Source of the DNA: an uncultured Gemmatimonadales bacterium
Lineage (GTDB): Bacteria > Gemmatimonadota > Gemmatimonadetes > Longimicrobiales > Gaopeijiaceae
Length of the DNA: 64,000 nt
Direction of reading: 5' to 3'
NCBI GenBank assembly: GCA_963848895.1
Contig: CAWKGE010000008.1
Coordinates: 196,901-260,900, forward strand
The translations under genes were made by a program, and so were the position numbers. Below the pieces are notes generated by a model. That model was not told the origin of the DNA. It ran no database searches and was given only the letters and a program-made list of their open reading frames with translations. This document shows, one piece after another, positions 28,776 to 38,467 of this stretch (positions are counted from its first letter, which is position 1; every line of letters starts with the position of its first letter).

Positions 28776-31337
28776 ATGCGAGGCGTGGCGACGGGGGGGC
28801 TTTGTGTGGCGCTTCTCGTGCCCGTCGGTACGGCGGCACAGCCGGTCCAGCGGCAGCCGGAGCCGGCACCCGTCCGGACCGCGGTGGCGGCCCGGACGCC
28901 CGCGGACGTCCGCGTGGACGGCCTGGCCGACGACGGGGTCTGGACCCGCGCCACCGCGGTCGCGGACTTCCGTCAGTACGACCCCGAGCCGGACGGCGAC
29001 CCGACGTGCCGGACCGAGTTCCGCGTCGCCTACGACGAGCACGACCTCTTCGTCTTCGTGCGCGCGTACGACCCGCACCCCGACAGCATCATGCGGGCCC
29101 TCAGCCGGAGGGACGTCCGCGGCCCGTCCGACCAGATCGGCATCTACGTCGACTCGTACCGTGACCGGCGGACCGGCTTCGCCTTCTACGTGAACCCGGA
29201 CGGGGTGAAGCGGGACTTCTCCGTCAGCGACGACTCCAACGAGGACTCCTCCTGGAACGGCGTGTGGGACGTCGCCACGCGAGTGGACTCCCTCGGGTGG
29301 ACCGCCGAGTTCCGGATCCCGCTCTCGCAGCTCCGCTACGCGGATGCGGACGAGCACACGTTCGGATTCGGGGTGCGGCGCACCGTCGAGCGGTATCCGG
29401 AGTCGGTCGCGTGGCCGGCGTACAGCCGCACCACGCCCGGGCTCATGTCGCAGCTGGGCACGCTGGGGGGCCTCGAGGGCCTCGGCTCCGCGGATCGCGT
29501 CGAGCTGTCGCCCTATGCGGTGGCGAAGAACGTGACGCGGACGTCCGACGCCGGCGGCTACGACCATCCGCAGGAAATGGCCGTCGGCGCCGACCTGAAG
29601 ATCGGCATCACACCGAACGTCACGTTGAACGCGACCGTGAACCCGGATTTCGGGCAGGTGGAAGCGGATCCCGCGGTGCTCAACCTGAGCGCGTTCGAGA
29701 CCTTCTTCTCCGAGCGGCGGCCGTTCTTCGTCGAGGGCACCGGCCTCTATACCTTCTCGCTCAACTGCTACATCGTCGTCGACTGCTCGACCAACGAAGG
29801 GCTCTTCTACTCGCGACGCATCGGTCGCAGCCCGTCGCTGGCCGACGAGTACGGCGACGCGGGCACGCCCACCGCCACCCCGATCCGGGTGGCCGCGAAG
29901 TTGACCGGACGCAGCGCGGGCGGTCTCTCGTTCGGGGTGCTGGATGCGGTCACGGGCGGCGTGACCGGAACGGACGACCGCACGGTCGAGCCGCGCGCGA
30001 ACTACGCCGTGCTGCGCGCGCAACAGGACCTGCGGGACGGAGATGCCGGCGTCGGCCTGATCGTCACCGCAGTGAACCGGGGCACCGACGCCTGGTCGGC
30101 ACCCTGGTTGCACCGGAGCGCCTACGTGGCGGGGGCGAGCTTCCGCAACCGTTTCGGAGGCAAGGACTACGAGATGGCCGGCTCGTTCGCGCTGTCGCGG
30201 GTCGCGGGCACGCCCGCGGTGATCACCCGGACGCAACGCAGCGCGGCGCACTACTATCAGCAGCCGGGGGACGACCCGGTGGTCGATTCCGCGGCGACGT
30301 CGCTGAGCGGGTACTCGGCTCAGCTCAAGGTCGGGAAGTACGGAGGTGGGATCACCCGCTTCGAGTCGAGCCTGGTGCGCATGTCGAGCGGGTTCGAGGT
30401 GAACGACCTCGGCTACCTGCGGCGGGCCGACGTCACGGACTGGAGCACCTGGGCCGCGCTCACGTTCCAGACGCCCACGAACCTGTACCGGTGGGCACAG
30501 GTCAACGGCAACACCTGGCACCACTGGAACACGTCGGGGACGCGCATCGAGAGCGCGGTCAACCTGAACGGCCACATGGGGCTGCGCAACAACTGGGACG
30601 TGCACCTCGGCGCCACGATCAACCGGCTCGGCGGAGCCATGTGCGATCGCTGCACTCGAGGAGGGCCGCTGCTGCGCCGGGATCCCGGCATCTTCCCCTG
30701 GGGCGGCGTGAACGCGGACAGCCGCCGGACGCTGGTGCCGGGCATCTGGGCGAACGCCGGCTTCTGGGACGGGGGGAGGAGCTCGTCGGTGGGCCTCGAT
30801 CCCTACCTCCAGCTACGGCTCTCCACACGGCTGAGCGCGAGGATCGGCGCGAGCGTGTACGATGCGAACGACAACACGCAGTGGTTCGGCAACTACACGG
30901 AAGCCGGCATCACGCACTACACCTTCGCGCACCTGGACCACCGGACGGTCTCGCTGAACCTGAGGGTCAACTACACGCTCACCCCCGACCTGACGTTCGA
31001 GTTCTATGGCGAGCCGTTCACGAGCTCCGGCACGTACACGGACCTGCGCGAGGTGGGGCCCCACCCCGACGCCGCCCGTTACGACGACCGGTTCGCCTCG
31101 TATCCGATGCCGCCCGACGCGGCGACATCCTTCTCCTTCAGCCAGCTGAGGACGAACGCGGTCGTGCGCTGGGAGTACCGGCCCGGATCGACGCTCTTCG
31201 TCGTGTGGGCGCACGGGCGCGAGGGATCCGCGGAGGACGGCCGTCGCCAGTCGTGGGAGGCCGAATTCCGGGACCTCTTCGACCGGCACCCCGACAACAC
31301 CTTCCTGGTGAAGGTGGCCTACTGGTTCAACCGCTAG
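28776..31337 (+). CDS. Secreted CBM9-like / DUF5916 family protein (putative outer-membrane-associated carbohydrate-binding hydrolase-like protein).
   Basis: 853 aa, intact. It has a signal peptide and an N-terminal CBM9-like region (VDGLADDGVWTRATAVADFRQYDPEPDGDP), followed by a long beta-rich region. The family name is from memory. Confidence 0.6.
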   Translation: MRGVATGGLCVALLVPVGTAAQPVQRQPEPAPVRTAVAARTPADVRVDGLADDGVWTRATAVADFRQYDPEPDGDPTCRTEFRVAYDEHDLFVFVRAYDPHPDSIMRALSRRDVRGPSDQIGIYVDSYRDRRTGFAFYVNPDGVKRDFSVSDDSNEDSSWNGVWDVATRVDSLGWTAEFRIPLSQLRYADADEHTFGFGVRRTVERYPESVAWPAYSRTTPGLMSQLGTLGGLEGLGSADRVELSPYAVAKNVTRTSDAGGYDHPQEMAVGADLKIGITPNVTLNATVNPDFGQVEADPAVLNLSAFETFFSERRPFFVEGTGLYTFSLNCYIVVDCSTNEGLFYSRRIGRSPSLADEYGDAGTPTATPIRVAAKLTGRSAGGLSFGVLDAVTGGVTGTDDRTVEPRANYAVLRAQQDLRDGDAGVGLIVTAVNRGTDAWSAPWLHRSAYVAGASFRNRFGGKDYEMAGSFALSRVAGTPAVITRTQRSAAHYYQQPGDDPVVDSAATSLSGYSAQLKVGKYGGGITRFESSLVRMSSGFEVNDLGYLRRADVTDWSTWAALTFQTPTNLYRWAQVNGNTWHHWNTSGTRIESAVNLNGHMGLRNNWDVHLGATINRLGGAMCDRCTRGGPLLRRDPGIFPWGGVNADSRRTLVPGIWANAGFWDGGRSSSVGLDPYLQLRLSTRLSARIGASVYDANDNTQWFGNYTEAGITHYTFAHLDHRTVSLNLRVNYTLTPDLTFEFYGEPFTSSGTYTDLREVGPHPDAARYDDRFASYPMPPDAATSFSFSQLRTNAVVRWEYRPGSTLFVVWAHGREGSAEDGRRQSWEAEFRDLFDRHPDNTFLVKVAYWFNR

Positions 31338-31342
31338 GCCGC

Positions 31343-32659
31343 TCAGGGCTTCTCGGCCGGCTCCCCTCCGTCACCCGCCTTCGGGCTCAGGCGGGACGTC
31401 GCGCCGCGCAGGACCGACTGGATGTCCACGCCCACCGCGGACGAGATGGCCTCCACGGTCCCGAGCGCGCCGTGCACCCTCTGGTTCACCGCGTTGCTCA
31501 CGCCCGTGCCGGTACCTCCGTCGATCACCACGACCTTGTCGATGTCCACGCCTTCGACCGCCTGCACGGAGGTGGCCAGCAGCTGGGGCAGCTTCTCCGC
31601 GAGCAGCACCGCGAAGGCCTGGTCGCCTCCGGCCTTCACCTGCTCGTAGAGCATCTGGAGCACCTGCGCGCTGGCTCGGCCCTGCTCCAGGATCGGCGCG
31701 GCCTCGCCCTCGGCGCGGGCCTTGGCGGCGGCGCGCTCCGCGTTGGCGGGCTCCACCACATCCGCCTGCAGGCGGAGCTTCTCCCGCTCGACGCGGCGGG
31801 TCTCCAGCGCCTTCTGCGCCTCGACCTCCGACTCCTGGGCCTTCACCTGCGCGGTGCGCTCGACGATCTGGGCCTCGCGGTCGAGCTCGGCCTTGCGCAC
31901 GCGCAGCTGGTTCTGAGCCTCGGCGATGCGCACGGCGGCCTCGGCCTCCTTGATCTCCGCCAGCTGGCGGGCGGAGGCCTGCCGCTGGCGGGTCTCGGCC
32001 GTGGCGTCGGCCTCTGCGATCTCGGCGTCGCGCACGGCCTCCGCCGCGCGCTTGCGCCCGATGGCCTCGAGGTAGCCGCGCTCGTCGCTCACGTTCTGGA
32101 TCTTGAGCACGTCCAGGTGGAAGCCCAGCGCCGCCAGGTCCTCACCAGCGTCCTCGGCAAGCGCGCGCGCGAAGCCCAGCCGGTCCTCGTTCACCTCCTC
32201 GGGGGTCAGCGTGGCCAACACGCCGCGCAGGTTCCCCATGAGCGTGTCCTTGGCCAGGCTCCAGATCTCCTCTTCGGTCTTGTCCAGCAAGCGCTCCACG
32301 GCGTTGTTGAACACCGTCTCCGGCTGCGACGCGATCTTGACCGCGGCGATGGCCTCGATGTTCAGCGGGATGTTGCCCTTGGAGAACGCGTTGGCCACGG
32401 AGATCTCGACGGGGAAGGTCTCGAGGGAGATGTGCTGCACGGTCTCCACGATCGGCACGCGCAGCGTCCGCCCGCCGATGACCGAGCGGTAGCCCACCTT
32501 CTCTCCGGAGATCAGCTTGCGCTCGCGGCCGGTGAGCACGGCGGCCCGGTTGGGCGGCACGATGACGATGAGCGAACGGATGGTCATCACCGCCACGATC
32601 ACGGCGAAGAGCAGCGCTACGGCCAGGGCGAATCCGCCGCTGACGAGATCAGGGTTCAT
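31343..32659 (-). CDS. Flotillin family (SPFH/band-7, YqiK-like) protein.
   Basis: 438 aa from the ATG at 32659 with a GGAGGA RBS. It has an N-terminal TM, an SPFH domain and a long EA-rich coiled coil. Confidence 0.85.
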   Translation of the reverse strand: MNPDLVSGGFALAVALLFAVIVAVMTIRSLIVIVPPNRAAVLTGRERKLISGEKVGYRSVIGGRTLRVPIVETVQHISLETFPVEISVANAFSKGNIPLNIEAIAAVKIASQPETVFNNAVERLLDKTEEEIWSLAKDTLMGNLRGVLATLTPEEVNEDRLGFARALAEDAGEDLAALGFHLDVLKIQNVSDERGYLEAIGRKRAAEAVRDAEIAEADATAETRQRQASARQLAEIKEAEAAVRIAEAQNQLRVRKAELDREAQIVERTAQVKAQESEVEAQKALETRRVEREKLRLQADVVEPANAERAAAKARAEGEAAPILEQGRASAQVLQMLYEQVKAGGDQAFAVLLAEKLPQLLATSVQAVEGVDIDKVVVIDGGTGTGVSNAVNQRVHGALGTVEAISSAVGVDIQSVLRGATSRLSPKAGDGGEPAEKP

Positions 32660-32711
32660 GGGGTCCTCCAGGTCCTCGCGAGTACGTTCATTCCCGAGCC
32701 GGCACGTCGGT

Positions 32712-33407
32712 TCACGCACCGAGCAGCTCCTGCGAGACGGGCGCGACCAGCGCCACGCCCCTTCGCATCTCCACCACCACGACGGACTTCCACGTGGAGG
32801 GGTCGCCCTGGTCCAGCGCGGACGGGTGCGGGAGCGCCCTCAGCTCCACGGAGTGCCCGAGCCGCTCCACCACGACCTTCCCCCCGGACCGGGTGATCGG
32901 CAGCGTCACCCTCCCTGCGTGGCCGACGAAGGCGTCCTCTCCCTGCACCGCGCCCGACTCCGACCGCCGCACCCACCCGAACGCGACGTTGACGAGCGTG
33001 CCCGACAGGATGCCGCCGGCCACGGCGAAGCCCGCGGTCACCGCGGACGACGTGGCGGGAAGGACCCAGGTCAGCAGCGTCCCCACCGCGCCGAAGCCGA
33101 AGAGCGCGTAGGTCACGGTACGGATCGAGAAGATCTTCGAGGCGACCTGCGTGCCGTGGGCGCCGCCGCCCTCGCCGACTCCGGGGTGCGACGCCTCCAC
33201 GCTGCCGGCGTCCGTGTCGAGATGGCCGGCGTCCGCGTCGAAATGGCCGGCGTCCATCTCCAGGTGCGCGTCGAGGCCGACGTCGGTGTCGAGGGTGGCG
33301 TCCGTGGAGAGGTCGACGTCGCCGTGCCCGCCGAGGATGTCCCCCAGCAGGGAGAGTCCCAGGAAGCCACCGCCCAGGACCAGCGAGAACACGTAGAAGG
33401 CAACCAT
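32712..33407 (-). CDS. NfeD/YqiJ-like membrane protein (flotillin partner) with an internal His/Asp-rich tandem repeat.
   Basis: N-terminal TM (MVAFYVFSLVLGGGFLGLSLLG), the repeat HGDVDLSTDATLDTDVGLDAHLEMDAGHFDADAGHLDTDAG, further TMs and a C-terminal OB-fold-like region. It sits directly upstream of the flotillin gene. Confidence 0.65.
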   Translation of the reverse strand: MVAFYVFSLVLGGGFLGLSLLGDILGGHGDVDLSTDATLDTDVGLDAHLEMDAGHFDADAGHLDTDAGSVEASHPGVGEGGGAHGTQVASKIFSIRTVTYALFGFGAVGTLLTWVLPATSSAVTAGFAVAGGILSGTLVNVAFGWVRRSESGAVQGEDAFVGHAGRVTLPITRSGGKVVVERLGHSVELRALPHPSALDQGDPSTWKSVVVVEMRRGVALVAPVSQELLGA

Positions 33408-33528
33408 CTGTCCGATAGATACGGGACTCGCGGGAGGGGCCTTCACGCGCAAGATCGGATGGACCGGCCGCCCGCGACAGAGGCACGTTCCGCACCGACG
33501 TCGATCCGGGCTTCGGGACACGCCGCAG

Positions 33529-33575
33529 TTGACCTAAAATTCTTAGGCCATTACCGTTTGCTCTAAGATCCTTAG
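33529..33575 (+). promoter_or_regulatory. AT-rich island with two inverted repeats upstream of padR-2; candidate promoter/operator.
   Basis: ttgacCTAAAattcTTAGGcca ... CTAAGatcCTTAGgcc. CCTAA-N5-TTAGG is at 33533-33547 and CTAAG-N3-CTTAG at 33563-33575, ending 16 nt before the ATG. Confidence 0.4.
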
Positions 33576-33590
33576 GCCAACGCGACCGCC

Positions 33591-33932
33591 ATGCCCGAAC
33601 ACACGCTGACCGTCCTCAAGGGAACGCTCGAGTTCCTCGCCCTGCGCACGCTCGCCGGAGGCGAGGAGATGCACGGGTTCCAGATCCTCGAGTGGCTCCA
33701 CCGGGCCACGCGGGAGGAGCTCCAGGTCGAGGAGGGCGCCCTCTACCCCGCCCTGCACCGCATGGAGAGGCGCGGATGGCTCGCGGCGCGGTGGGCGACG
33801 TCCGAGCGGGGTCGACGGGCCAAGTACTATCGGCTCACGGCGGCGGGACGCCGCGCGCTCGCCCTGGAGGAGGAGCGCTGGGCCCGCTACGTCGCCGCGG
33901 TCGAGCGCATCTCTCGGCCGCAGGAGGCGTGA
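33591..33932 (+). CDS. PadR family transcriptional regulator.
   Basis: 113 aa, intact. The stop lies 1 nt before the ADOP ATG. Confidence 0.85.
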   Translation: MPEHTLTVLKGTLEFLALRTLAGGEEMHGFQILEWLHRATREELQVEEGALYPALHRMERRGWLAARWATSERGRRAKYYRLTAAGRRALALEEERWARYVAAVERISRPQEA

Positions 33933-33933
33933 C

Positions 33934-36546
33934 GTGGATCCGCTGCGCCGGAAGCGGCTGGACGACGAGATCCGCCACCACATCGAAGAGCGCGCCGCGC
34001 GCCTGGTCGCCCAGGGAGTGGACGAAGACGAGGCGCTGCGCGAGGCGGAGCGCGCGTTCGGCGACGTGGGCGCCGTGCGGGCGGAGCTGGAGCGGATCGA
34101 GGAGCCGCCCCGTAGTCCGCTCGCCCTCCTGGTGGACCGCGTGCGCGGCGACCTGGCGTTCGCGCTGCGCCAGGCGCGGCGCGCGCCCGGATTCACCGCC
34201 CTCGCCGTCCTGACGCTCGGTCTCGGCATCGGATCGGCGACGGCGATGTTCGGGCTGGTGAAGGCCGTCGTGCTCGACCCCCTGCCCTATCCGCAGGCCG
34301 AACGGATCGTGGTCTTCAATCAGGAGACGCCCGACGGGCTGCGCTTCTCGGTGTCCGAGCCCGATTTCCGAGGACTTCCGGGAGCGGGTACGGTCCCTCG
34401 AGCTCCTCAGCGCCGTCGGCCGGGCGGACCTCACCTGGATCGAGGACGGCCGCCCCGTGAACGTCGTGGCCATGCAGGTGACCGGCAGCTTCTTCCGGCT
34501 GTTCGGCGGAGCCGCCCGCCGCCCTGGGTCGCACGTTCACCGACGAGGAGTCGGGTGAGCACGCCCGCTAGCTGGTGGTCGTGAGCCACGCCTTCTGGGA
34601 GGAGCATCTCCGCGGCGATCCGCGACGTCGTCGGGACATCACTGGTTCTGGACGACGAGCCGTACGAGGTCGTCGGCGTGGCGCCGCGCGGATGGGCGCC
34701 GCCGAGGGCGAGCGACGTGTGGATACCCATCGGCTTCGCGGATCCGGACCGGACGGACCACAACCTGGCCGCCGCGGGCCGGCTGGCGCCGGGGGCCACC
34801 CTGGAGAGCGCCTCGGCCGATGCGGACGCCGTCGCCGCCGAGCTGGGCCGGGAGCACCCGGACACCGACGGCGGGTGGGGGACGCAGCTCCGACCGCTCA
34901 AGGAAGACCTCCTCGGGCCCGGCGCGCATCCAGGCGGGATGGGTCCTCCTGGGCGCCGTGGGGCTCCTCCTCCTGCTCGCGTGCGCCAGCGTGTCCAACC
35001 TCCTCCTGGCCCGGGCCAGTGGCCGCGGCCGGGAGATGGACCTGCGCGCGGCACTCGGCGCGGGTCGCCGCAGGCTGGCGCAGCAGCTCCTGACCGAGAG
35101 CCTCCTGCTGGCGGGCGCCGGCGCCGTGGCGGGCCTCCTGCTCGCCTACGCCCTCCTCCCGGTTCTGCGGTCGATGAGCCCCGCGGACACGCCACGAATC
35201 GCCGAGGACGCATCCGTCGATGCCGTGGTGGCGCTCGCCGCGGCTGGCGGCCGCGATTCCTCACCGGGGTGGTGTTCGGCCTGGCGCCGGTGGCCCACGT
35301 CCTCGAGGAGCGCCCACGGCTCCACCGCCCGAGCCGGCGAGCCGCCCGGGACGGGAGGAAGCGAGCGCGCGCGGGCGCGCCCTGGTCGCCGCCCAGGTGG
35401 CGGTGTCGCTCACCCTGCTCTTCGGCACCGGGGCGCTGGGCGCCAGCTTCCTGCGCCTGCAGCGCGTCGATCCGGGAATGGACGTGGACCACACCCTCGT
35501 GGTGCCGCTGATGCTCTCCGGCGACCGGTACTCCGTCGCCGAGCGCCGCGTCACGACCGTGGACGCGCTCCATGACCGGCTGGCCTCGCTCCCCGGAGTC
35601 GAGGCGGTGGGGACCTCGAACATCATTCCGTTCAGCGGTGCGAACACCGCCGTGAGCGTCAACGTCGAGGGACGACCCACCGGACCGGACGCCGCCCCCT
35701 TCGTCCGGTGGCGGGCGGTGTCGCGCACGTATCCGACGCCGCCGGCCTCGAGCTGCTGCACGGACGCAGCGTTCCGGCCCGCCGACTTCGAAGATCATGC
35801 TCCCGACGTCGTGGTCGTCACGCGCACCCTCGCCCGCCAGCTCTTCGGTGATCCGGCGGCCGCCGTGGGCCGACGGATCGCCTTCGGTTGGGACGGACCG
35901 GAACTACCGGCAGCGTCGTCGGCGTCGTCTCCGACGTCGAGGACCGCGAGCTGGCCGAGACGCCTCCGGCCACGTTCTTCCTGCCCGCTGCGGGATTCAT
36001 GAACTGGTCCGTGTTCCTGCTCCGCTTCCGGCCCGGCGCCCCGATGGCGGACGCGAGCCGGATGCGGCGCGCCGTCTGGGAAGCGGATCCGGGGCTTCCC
36101 GTGCCCTCGGTCGAGCGGCTGGCCGACGGCGTGGGAAGCGCGGTGGCCAGCCCGCGCTTCAACCTGATGGTCATGGGCGTGCTCGGTCTCGTCGCGCTCG
36201 CACTCTCGTCTGATGGCGATCTACGGGCTCGTGCTGTTCGCCGTGCGGCAGCGCACGAGGGAGATCGGCGTCCGCCTGGCGCTCGGGGCCCGGGAGCCGG
36301 GGCGTGGTCGGCGCTCCTGCTCCGGCGCGGGCTGGCGATCACGGCGGCGGGCTGGCGGCGGGCGTCCTCCTCTCCCTGGGCCTCTCGCGAGCCTTGAGCT
36401 CCATCCTGTTCGGGGAGGCGGGATCGCACGCGCCCATGTTGGCGGCGGCGGCCGCGGCGGTGGGGTTCACCGCGCTCCTGGCGACGTGGCTACCCGCCCG
36501 ACGCGCCACCCGGGTGGATCCCCGGGAGGCCCTCGGCGCGGAGTGA
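33934..36546 (+). pseudogene. ADOP-family ABC permease gene with a permease-prefix domain, heavily frameshifted (about 8 apparent shifts).
   Basis: The N-terminus (MDPLRRKRLDDEIRHHIEERAARLVAQGVDEDEALREAERAFGDVGAVRAELERIEEP) and FtsX motifs ([35 protein letters not shown]; EIGVRLALGA; C-terminus WLPARRATRVDPREALGAE*) are scattered over all three forward frames between 33934 and 36546. Confidence 0.65.
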
Positions 36547-36549
36547 GGC

Positions 36550-38115
36550 TCAGCGACGCGGCTTCTTCCCGCGGGCGGCGCCCGTCGTGTCGGGCACCTC
36601 GCGGACGCCGGCGGTGTCGAGCGTCGCGCGCCTCCTCGCGCTGTCCGCGCGGGCGGCCGCTCTCGCCGAGTCGGCCCGGGCCACCGCGGCCACCGAGTCC
36701 GCCCTGGCCGCTTGGACGGAATCGAGAACGGCCATCCGCAGGGAGACCGGAACGATGCGGTCCGCGATCCGGATCGACGGCTCGGTGGGGAAGCCGCCGT
36801 CGGGCTCCAGGGCGGCCTCGGTGTAGTGGCTGCCCGGGTTCCACAGGATCCACTCCTCGACGCCCGCATCGTACACGGCCTGGATCTGGGCCCGCACCTC
36901 CGCAGCCGTGTAGGCGGGCTTGCCGAGGCTGAAGTCCTGCAGCCACGGGCGGGTCGCACCGGCTCCGTCGACCGACCGGGAGCGGCGCAGGGCGTCCCCG
37001 AGCGCCCGCCGCACGATCTCGTAGGGATAGGCGTTGGGGGTCCGGTAGCCGAAGCTCCCTTCCCAGTAGTGGCTGGGATAGACCATGGGCAGCGCCACGT
37101 CCACCGCTCCGATGAACGACTCCCACACCTGGCCGATCCCGACGTCCCTGGACGCCGACGCGGTGACGCCGAACACGTCCGCCGTGACCTGGACGCCCTG
37201 CTCCGACAGCTCCTCGCGCGAGTACGCGAGGAACCCACGGATGGCGTCGGGCTTGGCCATGTCGCCCGCACCCGGATAGGCGACGAGATCCTTCTCGGCA
37301 GCCGGGATGTCGGGAAAGCGCACGTAGTCCCACTGGATCTCCGGGAAGCCCATCCCGACGACCTCGCGCGCCAGCGCGACGTGGTAGTCCCACACCCGCT
37401 TGTCGTAGGGGTTCAGCCACACGATCCCCTTCCCGTCCTTGAAGGCTCCGCCGTTCACGTTCTGCACGGCCATCTCGGGATGCGCCGCCGTGAGCAGCGG
37501 GTCCTTCACGATCACGATGCGGGCGATGGGATAGACGCCCTCGTCGTGCAGGCGACGGAGCAGTCCGGGGAGGTTCGCGATGCGGATCTCCCCCGTGGCG
37601 CCGATCTCCCGTGCGAGGGGCACAGCGGTGCGATGGCTGACGTAGCCGCTCGCGTCCTTGATATCGATGACGAACGTGTTGATCTCGGTGCGCCGGGCGA
37701 GCGCGAGCAACTGGTCCACGCGTCGCCGCGAGCCGGCGGCCCACGCGTTGAGGTAGATCCCGCGGATGTGCTCGGGTCGCTCGAAGTGCGGGGGAACCGT
37801 GTCCGTTTGCCCGGCTACGACCCGTTCCGCATCGCCGGGGGCGTCCGTGTCGGCGGGAGCCGGGGCGGCGGCCACCGTCGGGGTCGCGCCCGCCGGCGAC
37901 CCCGGCGCCTGCTCGTCCGTCTCCCCCTCTTCGGCAGGCAGCCGCACGGTCTCCACGTCCACCGCGTCGGGGATCTCCGGAAGCGTCGCCGCGTCCGCGG
38001 TGTCCACCGGACCGCGCCCGTTCGACCCGCGTGCGAAGGCCGACGGCCCCGCCTCGCAGCCACCGAGGAGGGCCAGGACGGTCAGGCAGCAGAGGCCTCC
38101 GATGCGCCGGGTCAC
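36550..38115 (-). CDS. Putative glycoside-hydrolase-like TIM-barrel lipoprotein (DUF4015/GHL-type) with a C-terminal ARADS-type repeats.
   Basis: Lipobox LALLGGC. The core EINTFVIDIKDASGYVS...WDYVRFP is typical of this family. The C-terminus carries QAARADSVAAVARADSARAAARADSARRR repeats. Confidence 0.55.
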   Translation of the reverse strand: MTRRIGGLCCLTVLALLGGCEAGPSAFARGSNGRGPVDTADAATLPEIPDAVDVETVRLPAEEGETDEQAPGSPAGATPTVAAAPAPADTDAPGDAERVVAGQTDTVPPHFERPEHIRGIYLNAWAAGSRRRVDQLLALARRTEINTFVIDIKDASGYVSHRTAVPLAREIGATGEIRIANLPGLLRRLHDEGVYPIARIVIVKDPLLTAAHPEMAVQNVNGGAFKDGKGIVWLNPYDKRVWDYHVALAREVVGMGFPEIQWDYVRFPDIPAAEKDLVAYPGAGDMAKPDAIRGFLAYSREELSEQGVQVTADVFGVTASASRDVGIGQVWESFIGAVDVALPMVYPSHYWEGSFGYRTPNAYPYEIVRRALGDALRRSRSVDGAGATRPWLQDFSLGKPAYTAAEVRAQIQAVYDAGVEEWILWNPGSHYTEAALEPDGGFPTEPSIRIADRIVPVSLRMAVLDSVQAARADSVAAVARADSARAAARADSARRRATLDTAGVREVPDTTGAARGKKPRR

Positions 38116-38125
38116 GTCGTTGCCG

Positions 38126-38467
38126 CTAATAGGCCTGAAGAGTCGGATCCACGTCTTCCCGCCACCCGTTCACGCCACCCTTCAGGTTGGAGACGCCGTC
38201 GAAACCCCGCTCCAGCATCAGGCGCGTCGCCCAGGCGCTCCGGCTGCCGGTTCGGCAGTACAGCACGATGGGGCGGTCTCTCGGGAGCTCCCCCAGGCGA
38301 GAGAGGATCTCCCATGCCGGGATCCGGAGCTGGCCGATGTCGGGCAGATCGGCGATCCGCCGCTCGAAATGCTCGCGCACGTCGACCAGGATCGGAACGT
38401 CGCCGTCGTCGAGACGGCTCTTCAGTTCCCCGGGCGTGATCTCGGGGATGTCGGCGGCTTCGGTCAT
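38126..38467 (-). CDS. Single-domain rhodanese-like sulfurtransferase.
   Basis: 113 aa with the active-site loop LYCRTGSRS. The start overlaps the waaA stop. Confidence 0.75.
   Translation of the reverse strand: MTEAADIPEITPGELKSRLDDGDVPILVDVREHFERRIADLPDIGQLRIPAWEILSRLGELPRDRPIVLYCRTGSRSAWATRLMLERGFDGVSNLKGGVNGWREDVDPTLQAY

Noticed and set aside
33529-33540. TTGACC immediately followed by TAAAAT, tempting as a -35/-10 promoter pair.
   Set aside because: The two hexamers are adjacent (0-nt spacer), so they cannot be a sigma70 -35/-10 pair. They are better read as part of the CCTAA/TTAGG inverted repeat. The real promoter elements remain unassigned.
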